The notes below the pieces were generated by a model. That model was not told where the DNA came from. It worked only from the letters and a program-made list of their open reading frames with translations, and searched no databases. Made by a program: the position numbers and the translations under genes. 59,819 bases of DNA. Source: a virus (Duplodnaviria; Caudoviricetes). The stretch's first letter is position 1, and every line of letters begins with the position of its first letter. The stretch lies in IMG/VR virus record IMGVR_UViG_3300044710_000061, positions 1 through 59,819 of that record; one strand, written 5' to 3'. This document shows positions 18,177 through 27,176 of this stretch, one piece after another.

Positions 18177-19696
18177 GCGCCAGCCGGAATCGGATCGATG
18201 TATCCACCATTGAGAGCTGTGCACATCTGAGCAGTTGAACTTAGCTCGAATACAGCGTCTCTAGCTATACCAAGCCCACGCCAGCGCATAGGCGGTCGAT
18301 AGTGACCAGATGACACATTCTGTTGGGGACGATATTTTCCGAACGTGTTGCCTCCATCACGCGACATGCGGAGGTTTACGATCGGCGCTGGAACACCGGT
18401 TATCGGACCAAAGCCAGAACTAAAACCGCTGCTCCATGGGCTGAGATATTGGGCCGTCTCACCGGTCCCAGGTTGGTCTCCAGTCTGGACATCGGCCATA
18501 AACATGGTGTGCTGAACCCACTTAAGTTCGTTCACGATGTGAGGAAAAGACCTAATCCACGGAATCGGCTGACCGGCATCCAATTTGGCATCATACGTCA
18601 TCTCGTACAGAGCGCCGTTGTTCCAATCGAGGCCAAGATTGCGATTATAGGCAAACGCCGTGAATGTGTTGCGCGCTCGTCGCAGTACACCGTTGCTGTC
18701 AATCCAGTTATCTTCCCACCATTGCTCTGTCGCCGCGTCATAAGCCCAAGTCTTGTCAGCAGTGGGGAAAGTAATTCTGTAAAATGAATGACCACCTATC
18801 TGGTAAGTAGAGCCGATCGCATCGTCCACCCGTGCATATTTCTTCCATTCCGCCTCCACGGCATGGTTTGAAATTCGTTGCGCGATGTTCTGTGATCCAG
18901 CCCTCATGGCCATGAAGCCCCCTTCAGGGGAGCTAGACAACCAATAGACAAAGGTGTCCATCTTGGCTGGCGAATAGACCGCTTGCAGTCCCTGTTCGAT
19001 AATGTTGCCTGGGATAATCTGGAATGGGAACACCGGCGCTCCAGCATTAAACCAGACCTCGGATTTCTGAGGACCAAATACGTAAACCTCGCGCTCTACG
19101 GTCACAACGCAAAGAACAATGTCAGGCCACGCAGTTTTTACACCAACGAAGAGCCCGTTAAACGGCGTAACAGCATCCGAGGTTGTGCTGTACCACTGAT
19201 TGGTGCCAGGATGATTCAGAACGATAAAGCTATCCAGAAAATCCGCGCGCGTTGATCCCAGAAAATTCGGATCACTCACGATGCTGAACGCTCTAGTGTC
19301 TATAGTTATCTCGTATCCATGCTGTGTCCCATCAACGACGAGAATCGTTTGTCCATTGTCAGCCATGTATGCGGGATTTGTCCCAGCAACTTCCATCTGT
19401 CCTATAAATGTAAACCTAAAATCAGGATCTATGAAGTAGATGTTCTGGCCAATGATAGCGTAGAGATCACCGTTTGGATCCGCCACGCCTCTAGTGGTCC
19501 GGTAGAGGCACCGACCTTGTGCTATCAATGGTGATACGGCGAGTTGGTTGAGACCTGGCCTGGCATAATGCGTAGTCGGCATATTGGGCGCCGTCTTCTC
19601 CGGGTTCTCCTCTGGAAACATGTTGATGCAGCGTTGCGCATCGGCAATCAAAGAAGCAGTAGAATATGCGCCAGACTTCAGCGGGATGGCGACCAT
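18173..19696 (-). CDS. Tail hub / DNA stabilization protein, P22 gp10-like
   Basis: QRCINMFPE, MADNG, RISNHAVE, SRDGGNTF and WRGLG motifs. Confidence 0.85.
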   Translation of the reverse strand: MVAIPLKSGAYSTASLIADAQRCINMFPEENPEKTAPNMPTTHYARPGLNQLAVSPLIAQGRCLYRTTRGVADPNGDLYAIIGQNIYFIDPDFRFTFIGQMEVAGTNPAYMADNGQTILVVDGTQHGYEITIDTRAFSIVSDPNFLGSTRADFLDSFIVLNHPGTNQWYSTTSDAVTPFNGLFVGVKTAWPDIVLCVVTVEREVYVFGPQKSEVWFNAGAPVFPFQIIPGNIIEQGLQAVYSPAKMDTFVYWLSSSPEGGFMAMRAGSQNIAQRISNHAVEAEWKKYARVDDAIGSTYQIGGHSFYRITFPTADKTWAYDAATEQWWEDNWIDSNGVLRRARNTFTAFAYNRNLGLDWNNGALYEMTYDAKLDAGQPIPWIRSFPHIVNELKWVQHTMFMADVQTGDQPGTGETAQYLSPWSSGFSSGFGPITGVPAPIVNLRMSRDGGNTFGKYRPQQNVSSGHYRPPMRWRGLGIARDAVFELSSTAQMCTALNGGYIDPIPAGA

Positions 19697-19892
19697 GCTA
19701 CCTGCTCGCGAGTTTTAAGCGCATCGCCGCACCAAATGATGTCATATCGAGGCGAGACCGCATGCTCTGCCTCCTCCATTGAGGAGAAGACGCCAAACGG
19801 CCCGATCGGAATATCAGGAGGATATCGGCCTACGCACCATTCGCCTGGCTTACGCAGCCAGCAATAGAGCTTGCGGCGGCGTGACACTGATT

Positions 19893-20315
19893 TTATGCCT
19901 GCCACACACCGGCTTTGGCGCAGTAAAATCTTACTGCAGCGGGAGTTGTGGTATTGCCGGCAGCAACGGCCACCGCCGCGCTAGTACTACCATTGAGCTT
20001 GTCAGCGGCCCCGGTCACTGGGTTCGTGCCTGGATTGGCGTAGACATCCATGCTCGTGGCAGTCGAATTGATCACCACAATAATGGTGCCTGGCGTTGTC
20101 GCAAAGGGAAGAACGGCACTATCAGCCGCATTCGCAACGGTATCAAATTCTACCAATTCGAACCCAGATGGAATCACCAAGCCGGCAGCTTGCGTTCCAC
20201 CCGCATGGGCCGTCAAACCGCTTTCATATGCGCGGTTCTGGCCGCCAGCGATGCCGAGAAGATATCGGCCCTCGATGAGCTCAAAGCCTTCCTGCGGAGG
20301 AAACCCGATAGTCAT
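19893..20315 (-). CDS. Virion structural (decoration-like) protein
   Basis: GLTAHAGGTQA...DSAVLP beta-sandwich; lies between the gp4-like and gp10-like genes. Confidence 0.55.
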   Translation of the reverse strand: MTIGFPPQEGFELIEGRYLLGIAGGQNRAYESGLTAHAGGTQAAGLVIPSGFELVEFDTVANAADSAVLPFATTPGTIIVVINSTATSMDVYANPGTNPVTGAADKLNGSTSAAVAVAAGNTTTPAAVRFYCAKAGVWQA

Positions 20316-20336
20316 GTCATGTGCTCCTAGTTGTAG

Positions 20337-21125
20337 TTAGTAACTGTCGCTATCTCCGCGATAATCGTACCCACGATTGCGGCTCCGCAGAAAGCTTGGC
20401 ATTACGAGCGTCGATACTGCCTGGTTAGCCAAACGAAGAACACTCAGCCCCTCACGCGTTAGTTTAGTGATTGTCGGGTCTGGCGGTAACTGGAAGGCAA
20501 CACGAAGACGCTCAGCCAAGGCCCAGTTCAAGGCAGTCTCATATTCTGGAGGAAAGTTGATCTTCTGGGTAAGGCTGGCAAACCGTGGCAACACGGTCTT
20601 AAAGCCAAAGTGCAGCTCGTATTGAGACTGTTGAGGAACCGGCCACGGATAGAGTTGGCCCACCGGCCACTGCGGATCGTAGAAGACACGCCATGGCAGC
20701 GTGCCGATCGTCTTGACCCTGATCCTGGAGTAGTCCTCTTTCGAGGGGATAATGTCGAGCGGGATATCAACCGGAAACTGTACAGGCTGCGATGAGTTCA
20801 GGAACCGCATGTACGCATATTCCAGACGATCTGGCCGAGGATTTATATTGACGATCTGGCCAAGCCCCACGTTGTAGAAGTTCGCTCCTGTCGCGATAAA
20901 TGCATACTCGCTCTCGGAGTAGACAAGCCACCGCTTGCGAGCCCATTGCGCCAGCAACCAGTTCGCATGGCGCAGCGCCTTGGTCATGTAGGCCTGCTCG
21001 ATAGCCTCATCCAAGCCGATGATGCCGCCATCCTCGAGCGCATTCTGAAGAAGCTGGCCGACGTTATCGACGGCCAGTACCGGTTCAGACGGTCCACCTA
21101 GGACAGGCTCGGCGGTCATGGACAC
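20337..21125 (-). CDS. Head-tail adaptor, P22 gp4-like
   Basis: N-x-LLAQW, LYPWPVP, FPPEYETALNWALAERL motifs. Confidence 0.75.
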   Translation of the reverse strand: MSMTAEPVLGGPSEPVLAVDNVGQLLQNALEDGGIIGLDEAIEQAYMTKALRHANWLLAQWARKRWLVYSESEYAFIATGANFYNVGLGQIVNINPRPDRLEYAYMRFLNSSQPVQFPVDIPLDIIPSKEDYSRIRVKTIGTLPWRVFYDPQWPVGQLYPWPVPQQSQYELHFGFKTVLPRFASLTQKINFPPEYETALNWALAERLRVAFQLPPDPTITKLTREGLSVLRLANQAVSTLVMPSFLRSRNRGYDYRGDSDSY

Positions 21126-21130
21126 GAGCG

Positions 21131-21946
21131 TTACTCCACATCTTCCGTGGTCTCTTCCGGCATCAACGCCACGTTGCGGGTTTTCTCCGCGATCTCGGTC
21201 TTAATGCGATCAATTCCCCACCGCTTATCGATCTCCACGCCCGCCTCTTCAGCGACCGCCTGCCAATGCTCTTTGGCTGACTTTTGAGAACCCAACTCTA
21301 CGGCAGACGCTTCCGGTTCTTTTGCCTCTTCAGGCGCGGGCACGGCCGCATTGCTGGTCGTGTTCTGCATCGCAGATAGCAGCTTCAGCAGGAAGTCATT
21401 CTGGCCGCCTTGCATGGCAGCAACAACACGCTCAATCAGTTCATGATTGGCAATTTTAGGATCGGGTGCGCGAGGCACATAGATCTTGCCGGTATCTGGA
21501 TTTTCCGGATCGAACTTCTTTGGCACTACGCGCACAGGACGCCATTCAGTCGTGTCCGAAAACTCCCAACGATAGTCGCCGCCGCCGAACTTGGCCTTCT
21601 CTTCAGCTGAGCGCTTTACGAGAAAGATGCCATACTTATCCCCGCATTCCTGGGCATCTTTGGCGGTCTCCTCCCTACCATCCGGATGATAGACCCACGT
21701 TGGGAAGAAGTGAAAATCGGTACGATTGAAGTACTTCTGAAGAATTTTAACTTGTGAATAGTCAAAAATCGCCGCCTTTACCGGAGGCGGGTTGAAATGA
21801 ACTACGGAGCCATCCGAGTGGATGACCTTGGTTCCTTCGCCGGAAATCTCCGGGTCAAGATATTGACGCCGTCCTGGCTGAACTCCAGTAACAGCTCCAC
21901 TTCTAAGATCAAAAGTGAAATCTCCTTGTACGACATCGACTGCCAT
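21131..21946 (-). CDS. Hypothetical protein with a C-terminal helical motif
   Basis: FPTWVYHPDG and AEEAGVEIDKRWGIDRIK segments; post-coat position. Confidence 0.6.
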   Translation of the reverse strand: MAVDVVQGDFTFDLRSGAVTGVQPGRRQYLDPEISGEGTKVIHSDGSVVHFNPPPVKAAIFDYSQVKILQKYFNRTDFHFFPTWVYHPDGREETAKDAQECGDKYGIFLVKRSAEEKAKFGGGDYRWEFSDTTEWRPVRVVPKKFDPENPDTGKIYVPRAPDPKIANHELIERVVAAMQGGQNDFLLKLLSAMQNTTSNAAVPAPEEAKEPEASAVELGSQKSAKEHWQAVAEEAGVEIDKRWGIDRIKTEIAEKTRNVALMPEETTEDVE

Positions 21947-21957
21947 ATTGTGCCTCG

Positions 21958-22368
21958 TTAGAATTTATTTTTACGATCTCGTTTCCGGTCTTCAAAGAGT
22001 TCCCCAGCGGGCGCCTCGACAAGCGATTCAATGGGCTGCTCAACTGAAGCCGGTTCCTCGTGGTGCTGATGCCCAATGGGAACCGGAGGCTCAGCAAGAG
22101 CCAAGGCCTCTTCTTCCGGAGTATGCACAAGCACACTCACGACGCCGTCGTGCCGGTTCTTGTGATGCTGGGTGAAATGCGGGGTAGAGACACTGGTACC
22201 CTGCGATACGACGTGGTTCGCATGGGGAACGACCCATTTCGGCCATTCATCACCAACCGGACTCGAAGCAGACGGCGCTTGCTCGATCCCGATTAGATGC
22301 TTGGTGTCTTTGTGCCGCTGGAACCCGGTGACCGGATCCAACTCGTGCTCATCGTGGTTGAAGGCCAT
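21958..22368 (-). CDS. Hypothetical His-rich protein
   Basis: Start MAFNHDEH with an upstream GGAG. Confidence 0.55.
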   Translation of the reverse strand: MAFNHDEHELDPVTGFQRHKDTKHLIGIEQAPSASSPVGDEWPKWVVPHANHVVSQGTSVSTPHFTQHHKNRHDGVVSVLVHTPEEEALALAEPPVPIGHQHHEEPASVEQPIESLVEAPAGELFEDRKRDRKNKF

Positions 22369-22390
22369 TGTTGTACTCCATGAATGCATA

Positions 22391-22412
22391 AGAGGCGCCC
22401 GAAGGCGCCTCT
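22391..22412 (-). terminator. Perfect hairpin after the coat gene
   Basis: AGAGGCGCC-UUCG-GGCGCCUCU; weak U tail, so it may be a stabiliser rather than a terminator. Confidence 0.5.
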
Positions 22413-22419
22413 AGAACCG

Positions 22420-23679
22420 CTACGGAGTTGCGTCGCAGACCTGAACGATCCATTCAGGACGCGGCACGCCCGCGCCAAAGAGGATGTCCAGGCGATCGAT
22501 AGGCTGGTCCGTGCTGGGCTCGTAGCAAACCAGCGACCGCATTGAGCAATCGTCGAAACTGTGCCGTGCTGCCGCGATGACGCCCTTCTCATTTGGCGGA
22601 ATCCACAGCGGTGCGATCACCAACGTGATGGCATCCGGCGAATAGGCCATGTTCTCGCGGTAGGTCACGCCCGCATTGGCAAATGGCGTAATCGTCGCAG
22701 TGCCGCCCGGAGAGGCAGTCACCGTCTGATACTGCTGGGGAGTGTATGGCAGGCCCGCATAGGGGGTCTGACTGGCTGGCGGGATAATCGCTGGATAGAT
22801 GGAAAGCGATGTTGCACCGCTTGAGGCGGCCGCCGTAATCACGAACTGCGCCAATGTCCCGAGACTGGCCTTGGTGACGCGGTTGACCGCATTCACACCA
22901 GCAATCGTGATGACGTCACCAGCATTCAGCGTCCCGGACAGCGAGCTAATCGTCAGCGAATTGCCGGTCTGATTGGCACCGCTGACGGTCGCTGTGGTTG
23001 CCGTACCGGTGGTGTGCGAAGGCACCGACTGGTCTTCAAACCAGCGGAATTGCAAGGCTTCGTACATCATGCCGGTATTATATTGACGGCTGATGCTATC
23101 CACTGGATTGAGCAGGCCTCGGAGAGCCAACTGCACGCGAGCATCGGAACGAGGCTGCAGCACAACCTTTCGCATGCCCATTTCACCGAACTGCGGCGCC
23201 GAGTTCTCCTCCAAGATAGCCCTGGCAAGGGCAAACGGAGAATCCGTCACCGGCAGGATGTTGTTACTGGCATCCACATTGGCGACTGCGTTTCGCACCG
23301 TCGTTGCAACGATGGTGAAGACCTGCAGAGAAACGTTGCCGGCCAGGTTATTCACCCGAGGCAGGACGATCCGCTCCATATAGTCGTCCACATCCAGCGT
23401 GGTCTCGGCCGAAGTGAAGGCCACGTCCACATGGCGCTGAGTGGCGACCGTGAGCAGGAACTGCTGCTCGAGGGTATCCTGAATGGCAATGCCAGGACCG
23501 TCCGTCACGGTGTAATCATTGGGCAGGCGTATACGGAGCTGAGCTCCAATGCGGGCGCCTTCGATGCCAAACTGCGATTCGAACTGTCGGCTGATGTTCT
23601 GGATGAAGTAGTTTGTGTTCAGGAAAAGCTTGATCGAGTACCGAGTCACCATGCTCGGCGTGATGATTGAGTTTGCCAT
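22420..23679 (-). CDS. Major capsid protein, P22 gp5 family
   Basis: MANSIITPSMVTR, GAQLRIRLP, GDVITIAGVNAVN and RLDILFG motifs. Confidence 0.9.
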   Translation of the reverse strand: MANSIITPSMVTRYSIKLFLNTNYFIQNISRQFESQFGIEGARIGAQLRIRLPNDYTVTDGPGIAIQDTLEQQFLLTVATQRHVDVAFTSAETTLDVDDYMERIVLPRVNNLAGNVSLQVFTIVATTVRNAVANVDASNNILPVTDSPFALARAILEENSAPQFGEMGMRKVVLQPRSDARVQLALRGLLNPVDSISRQYNTGMMYEALQFRWFEDQSVPSHTTGTATTATVSGANQTGNSLTISSLSGTLNAGDVITIAGVNAVNRVTKASLGTLAQFVITAAASSGATSLSIYPAIIPPASQTPYAGLPYTPQQYQTVTASPGGTATITPFANAGVTYRENMAYSPDAITLVIAPLWIPPNEKGVIAAARHSFDDCSMRSLVCYEPSTDQPIDRLDILFGAGVPRPEWIVQVCDATP

Positions 23680-23689
23680 CGGGATGGCA

Positions 23690-23882
23690 CCTTGCTTTTA
23701 GCGCCACCTCTAAAGGGCGCGACAACTCTTGGAAGCCCCTGCGGGCGATGTTGTCCGCTTCCCGAATTCGGACAATTGACGGGATAACCTTGATAACGCT
23801 CAAGTAGCGGCGGTGGGCGAAACGCTATAACGCCCTATCCCTGATAACGCTCAGGTCGCGGCGGAGCCGAATTCCGCTACGG
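23690..23882 (-). ncRNA. Structured intergenic RNA upstream of the coat gene
   Basis: Twin hairpins with an identical GCGUUA loop (23789-23804, 23840-23855) plus several other stems. Confidence 0.5.
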
Positions 23883-23889
23883 CTTAACT

Positions 23890-24720
23890 CTAGCGTCGCG
23901 GCGATCTTGCCTGCATCCGCTCATTAAAGGCTTTGCTCCACTCAACGTCACTCATTTTGTCCTGGTCCTTGCTGTTCCAGTCAAACGTTTTGCCAGTATT
24001 GGCTTCGACGTGAGGAGCCGGGCGAGGCGCCTGGGAGACGGTCTTGGCTGGTGCCGCGGCCCGCTCTGCAGGCAGTGCAAGGTTTGAAAGTTTGGTGGCG
24101 TTTGCAACCATAGCCTTGGAGTCCATGCGTTCGGATATCCTCGTAATTTCGGCAATGCGGCGCGCCGGAGACATGGTGGCCATGGCTGCAGCCTTGGACG
24201 GATCCTCGGTAATGGCGCGCACCACCTCGTGAGTCTTCTCACGCCCGGCAACATCCATGATAGAACTAATGAAGTCCGGCGTATTCAGGTCGAACGATTG
24301 CAGGATGTTCAGGGAGTCGTTCCACTGAACGCCATAGGCTTGCACGCCGGCAGAACTGACCTGGGACGCGTCCCGCTGAAAGTTCAGCTCCATGGCCCGG
24401 CGGTCGATATCTGACTGTGTGACCTGCTGCTGCGGCTCGTGCCGCGGCTGTGGAGGCGGATCCGCTTGCCCATTACCGCTACGCTGTAGCCGCGCAATTA
24501 GCTCCTGGTGCTCGCGATCGCGGCGGCGGTGCTCCTCGAGGGCCGCCTCAAGCTCCCGGTTCTTGGCCCGCAGTGGCGTTACCTCACGCACCAGCACATC
24601 CGCCGGGATCATCCGCGGCTGCGGCGGCGTCTCCAGCGGCAGCTCCGGAGCAGTCTCCGGTGCCGGGTCGGCGTTCAGAACGGGCTCGGGTGTATCAGTG
24701 GCTAGGTTGGTGTCGCTCAT
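23890..24720 (-). CDS. Scaffolding protein
   Basis: Helical, Pro-rich ends, MSDVEW C-terminus; directly upstream of the coat gene. Confidence 0.75.
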   Translation of the reverse strand: MSDTNLATDTPEPVLNADPAPETAPELPLETPPQPRMIPADVLVREVTPLRAKNRELEAALEEHRRRDREHQELIARLQRSGNGQADPPPQPRHEPQQQVTQSDIDRRAMELNFQRDASQVSSAGVQAYGVQWNDSLNILQSFDLNTPDFISSIMDVAGREKTHEVVRAITEDPSKAAAMATMSPARRIAEITRISERMDSKAMVANATKLSNLALPAERAAAPAKTVSQAPRPAPHVEANTGKTFDWNSKDQDKMSDVEWSKAFNERMQARSPRR

Positions 24721-24932
24721 ACATCTCTCGCAAATTTGCTAACCGCATTTGCCGATATGCAATCAGTTAGGGATTTTGATATTCTCTCCAGCATCGGAGG
24801 CCATACCGCAACAGGATAACAATGAACTCCATCTCTATCAATTACTGTAATACTTCCATCATCATGCACATTCACGCCAATTGAATTTTTGTAAGTATAA
24901 TAGTAATCGTATAACTCTGATTTTAGTGTCAA
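24717..24932 (-). CDS. Low-GC hypothetical insert
   Basis: Four-base overlaps with both neighbours. Confidence 0.5.
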   Translation of the reverse strand: MTLKSELYDYYYTYKNSIGVNVHDDGSITVIDRDGVHCYPVAVWPPMLERISKSLTDCISANAVSKFARDV

Positions 24933-25390
24933 TTGAACCTCGATCGCGGCATCAGCAGTTCCTTGAAGGTGTTGGAATGCTTGCCATAGTCCTCTTTGAT
25001 TTTGCGATTTTCGTAAGGATCGCCCACGAATTGCTGCGTGTTTGGTGCCAAACGCAGACCCTCAAAATTGGGCGACTGCTTCGCCACCTGGTCCCATAGG
25101 GCAATCGCCAGGAACATCCGGCGCTTGTCGTGCTCGGGAACACGCTCCTCGCCTAGCAGCGCCGCATATCCCGCCCTGATGGCGTCCACAAAGCCGCGCC
25201 AGTTGCATTCCGCATAGGCGTATTCGCTAGGCCAGTTGGCCCGGAATTTCTCCGACCGGTTCTGCCCATGGAAGTCGCCGGCCAGCTGCTTTGCGTCATT
25301 ACAAAGCATGCGAATGAGCTCCATTGCCTGCTGCTTTGGAATGGGCTCGCCGTTGACTTCCATGTAATCGCCGAGCTTGGGTTTTTTCAT
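24929..25390 (-). CDS. Hypothetical protein
   Basis: Coupled ORF in the head gene cluster. Confidence 0.6.
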   Translation of the reverse strand: MKKPKLGDYMEVNGEPIPKQQAMELIRMLCNDAKQLAGDFHGQNRSEKFRANWPSEYAYAECNWRGFVDAIRAGYAALLGEERVPEHDKRRMFLAIALWDQVAKQSPNFEGLRLAPNTQQFVGDPYENRKIKEDYGKHSNTFKELLMPRSRFN

Positions 25391-25653
25391 CTAGTTGCCC
25401 TTGGCAAAGAAAGGCCGCCATGCCCAATCAGGCACGATATCAGATCAAAACAAATCATGATCACCGCGATTGCCACGGCGGCCCAAAAGACGATACGCAG
25501 CGCGGAAATGACGACGCCCACGCCGCCAGCGACGGGCGAGCCTAACCCGCTCAATACGAAAGGGATTAGCAGGTTGATGATCGCAAATACCGCGCCAAAA
25601 ACGACCAGCCAAATCAACAGCTGTTCAATGAACTGAAGCGAAAAACACGCCAT
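25387..25653 (-). CDS. Small membrane protein
   Basis: Two long hydrophobic segments. Confidence 0.65.
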   Translation of the reverse strand: MACFSLQFIEQLLIWLVVFGAVFAIINLLIPFVLSGLGSPVAGGVGVVISALRIVFWAAVAIAVIMICFDLISCLIGHGGLSLPRATR

Positions 25654-25659
25654 GTTGGC

Positions 25660-25863
25660 TCATCCCTTCCCCGCCGGCTTTCCAGGGTTGATGTTCTGCT
25701 GGCTAAACGCATCTTTGGGAGCCCGCATGGGCCGTTCTTCCATGTTCCGAGAGATGGTCTGGTGCCCCGGCCAATTGTTGGTTGGCATCGGCCGAGGTGT
25801 CGTATCGCTTGCGGATGGGCGATCGATGCCCTTAGAACCTGGTCGAGGCCAACCTTTAGCCAT
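25660..25863 (-). CDS. Small disordered basic protein
   Basis: Start preceded by AAAGGGG; Pro/Gly/Lys-rich. Confidence 0.5.
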   Translation of the reverse strand: MAKGWPRPGSKGIDRPSASDTTPRPMPTNNWPGHQTISRNMEERPMRAPKDAFSQQNINPGKPAGKG

Positions 25864-25881
25864 GGCTATCCCCTTTCAGGC

Positions 25882-26202
25882 TTACGGAGATGACGGCGTC
25901 GGAGGAGTGACCTTCGCGACTTCCGTATTGAGAGCCGTAGTCAGGTTCTGAATATTCGTCACAGCCGTTGCGATCGCGGGGTTATTCCCGGTGTTGGCAG
26001 CGGCAATAGCCGCCAACTCTGTATCGATCGCGGCTACCGCACTCGTCACAGACGTCTGAAGCGCAGCAACGGCGGCGGTCAAATTGTCAAGGTCGGACAT
26101 GATTGTGTTTACCTTCGCGGTTAGAGCATTGATAGCGTTCATCACTGCCGTATGGCGGGCTGCGGCAGAGGCTTCCGTTTCGCAGACCGTTCGAAAAACC
26201 AT
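25882..26202 (-). CDS. Ala/Thr-rich coiled-coil protein
   Basis: MSDLDNLTAAVAALQT heptads. Confidence 0.6.
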   Translation of the reverse strand: MVFRTVCETEASAAARHTAVMNAINALTAKVNTIMSDLDNLTAAVAALQTSVTSAVAAIDTELAAIAAANTGNNPAIATAVTNIQNLTTALNTEVAKVTPPTPSSP

Positions 26203-26360
26203 TACTTGCCTTTTTTGCCTCTGCGCGCCTCTGATAGGGCGATTGCCACTGCTTGCTTGCGGTTGGTCACCTCGGGGCCTTTCTTGCTTCCAGAATGCAG
26301 CTTGCCGGCCTTAAACTCTTTTAAGACTTTATGGATTTTGCCTTTGCCTTTTTCAGCCAT
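26202..26360 (-). CDS. 52-aa basic protein, DUF6496-like
   Basis: Translated by hand: MAEKGKGKIHKVLKEFKAGKLHSGSKKGPEVTNRKQAVAIALSEARRGKKGK. Confidence 0.7.
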   Translation of the reverse strand: MAEKGKGKIHKVLKEFKAGKLHSGSKKGPEVTNRKQAVAIALSEARRGKKGK

Positions 26361-26857
26361 TGTCTGTCCTTCTCAATATATAGAGCAAGAGATCGTAAAA
26401 TGGTCGGATCATCAGCACACATACCTAGAACTCTATTGCATCTATTACACAGCCAGCCCCTAAAGTGACCGTTATCGTGGCAATGATCGAACACAATTCC
26501 TCTTTCATCGCCTGGAGAATTGCAAACCTCGCATAGCATCGGCCTAGGTCTTGATGCTTTTTGCTCCGCAATTCTTCTCCACCTTGCCGCCTGATATTTC
26601 CTAGAATAACTTCTGCGAAATTCTGTTTTGTTGTAAGCCCGTGTTCTTTCTAGAATTTTTTCTTTTTCTCGTTCATAGTAAGCTTTGTTAGCTTTGCTAT
26701 TACATTCAATGCAGTCAGGCCTCGTACCGCGTTTTGATCCATTATGTTTATGAAAGGAATCGATTGTCTTGAATTTAAGACACTTAGTACAGACCAATCC
26801 ATCAATTCCATCTCTTGTCTCTATATAGCTCCATTTTCTTCCAACAATCGCAGGCAT
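26321..26857 (-). CDS. Free-standing homing endonuclease (endonuclease VII/HNH type)
   Basis: CTKC...CIEC N-terminus; CEVC...DHCHDNGHFRGWLCNRCNRVLG; low GC. Confidence 0.85.
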   Translation of the reverse strand: MPAIVGRKWSYIETRDGIDGLVCTKCLKFKTIDSFHKHNGSKRGTRPDCIECNSKANKAYYEREKEKILERTRAYNKTEFRRSYSRKYQAARWRRIAEQKASRPRPMLCEVCNSPGDERGIVFDHCHDNGHFRGWLCNRCNRVLGMCADDPTILRSLALYIEKDRQWLKKAKAKSIKS

Positions 26858-26914
26858 TTGTCTCTTCTCTGAGTTGATGCGAGAAGAGGAAAATAGTAAT
26901 TTATGCCGTAATTT

Positions 26915-26968
26915 TCAATTGAATTCGTGCATGACCTTTTCAACTTTCTTTGCGCCCTTGCCCTTCAT
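26915..26968 (-). pseudogene. Orphaned 5' end of the DUF6496-like gene
   Basis: MKGKGAKKVEKVMHEFN* parallels GKGKIHKVLKEF of 26202..26360. Confidence 0.6.
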
Positions 26969-26969
26969 T

Positions 26970-27176
26970 TCAATAAACCCTTATGACCCTGCACATCGTT
27001 AGAACATGCTTTCCAAGAGGCCCCATGCCTGAGCTGAAATGCACTTCAAAGCCGGCTTGATGTGCTTCCGTGCACAGATCCAGCAGCGGCTGATAAATCT
27101 CCACTGCGCGCCGCTTGAAGTCCGCGGCAACCTCCGCCTCTGGCTTGGTCGGCACAATCCTTGCTACTTCACTCAT
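26970..27176 (-). CDS. Hypothetical protein
   Basis: ATGA overlap with the portal stop. Confidence 0.55.
   Translation of the reverse strand: MSEVARIVPTKPEAEVAADFKRRAVEIYQPLLDLCTEAHQAGFEVHFSSGMGPLGKHVLTMCRVIRVY

Noticed and set aside
26321-26968. Group I intron around the endonuclease
   Set aside because: Only about 60 bp of non-coding flank, too short for a ribozyme core, and the downstream gene has its own start.
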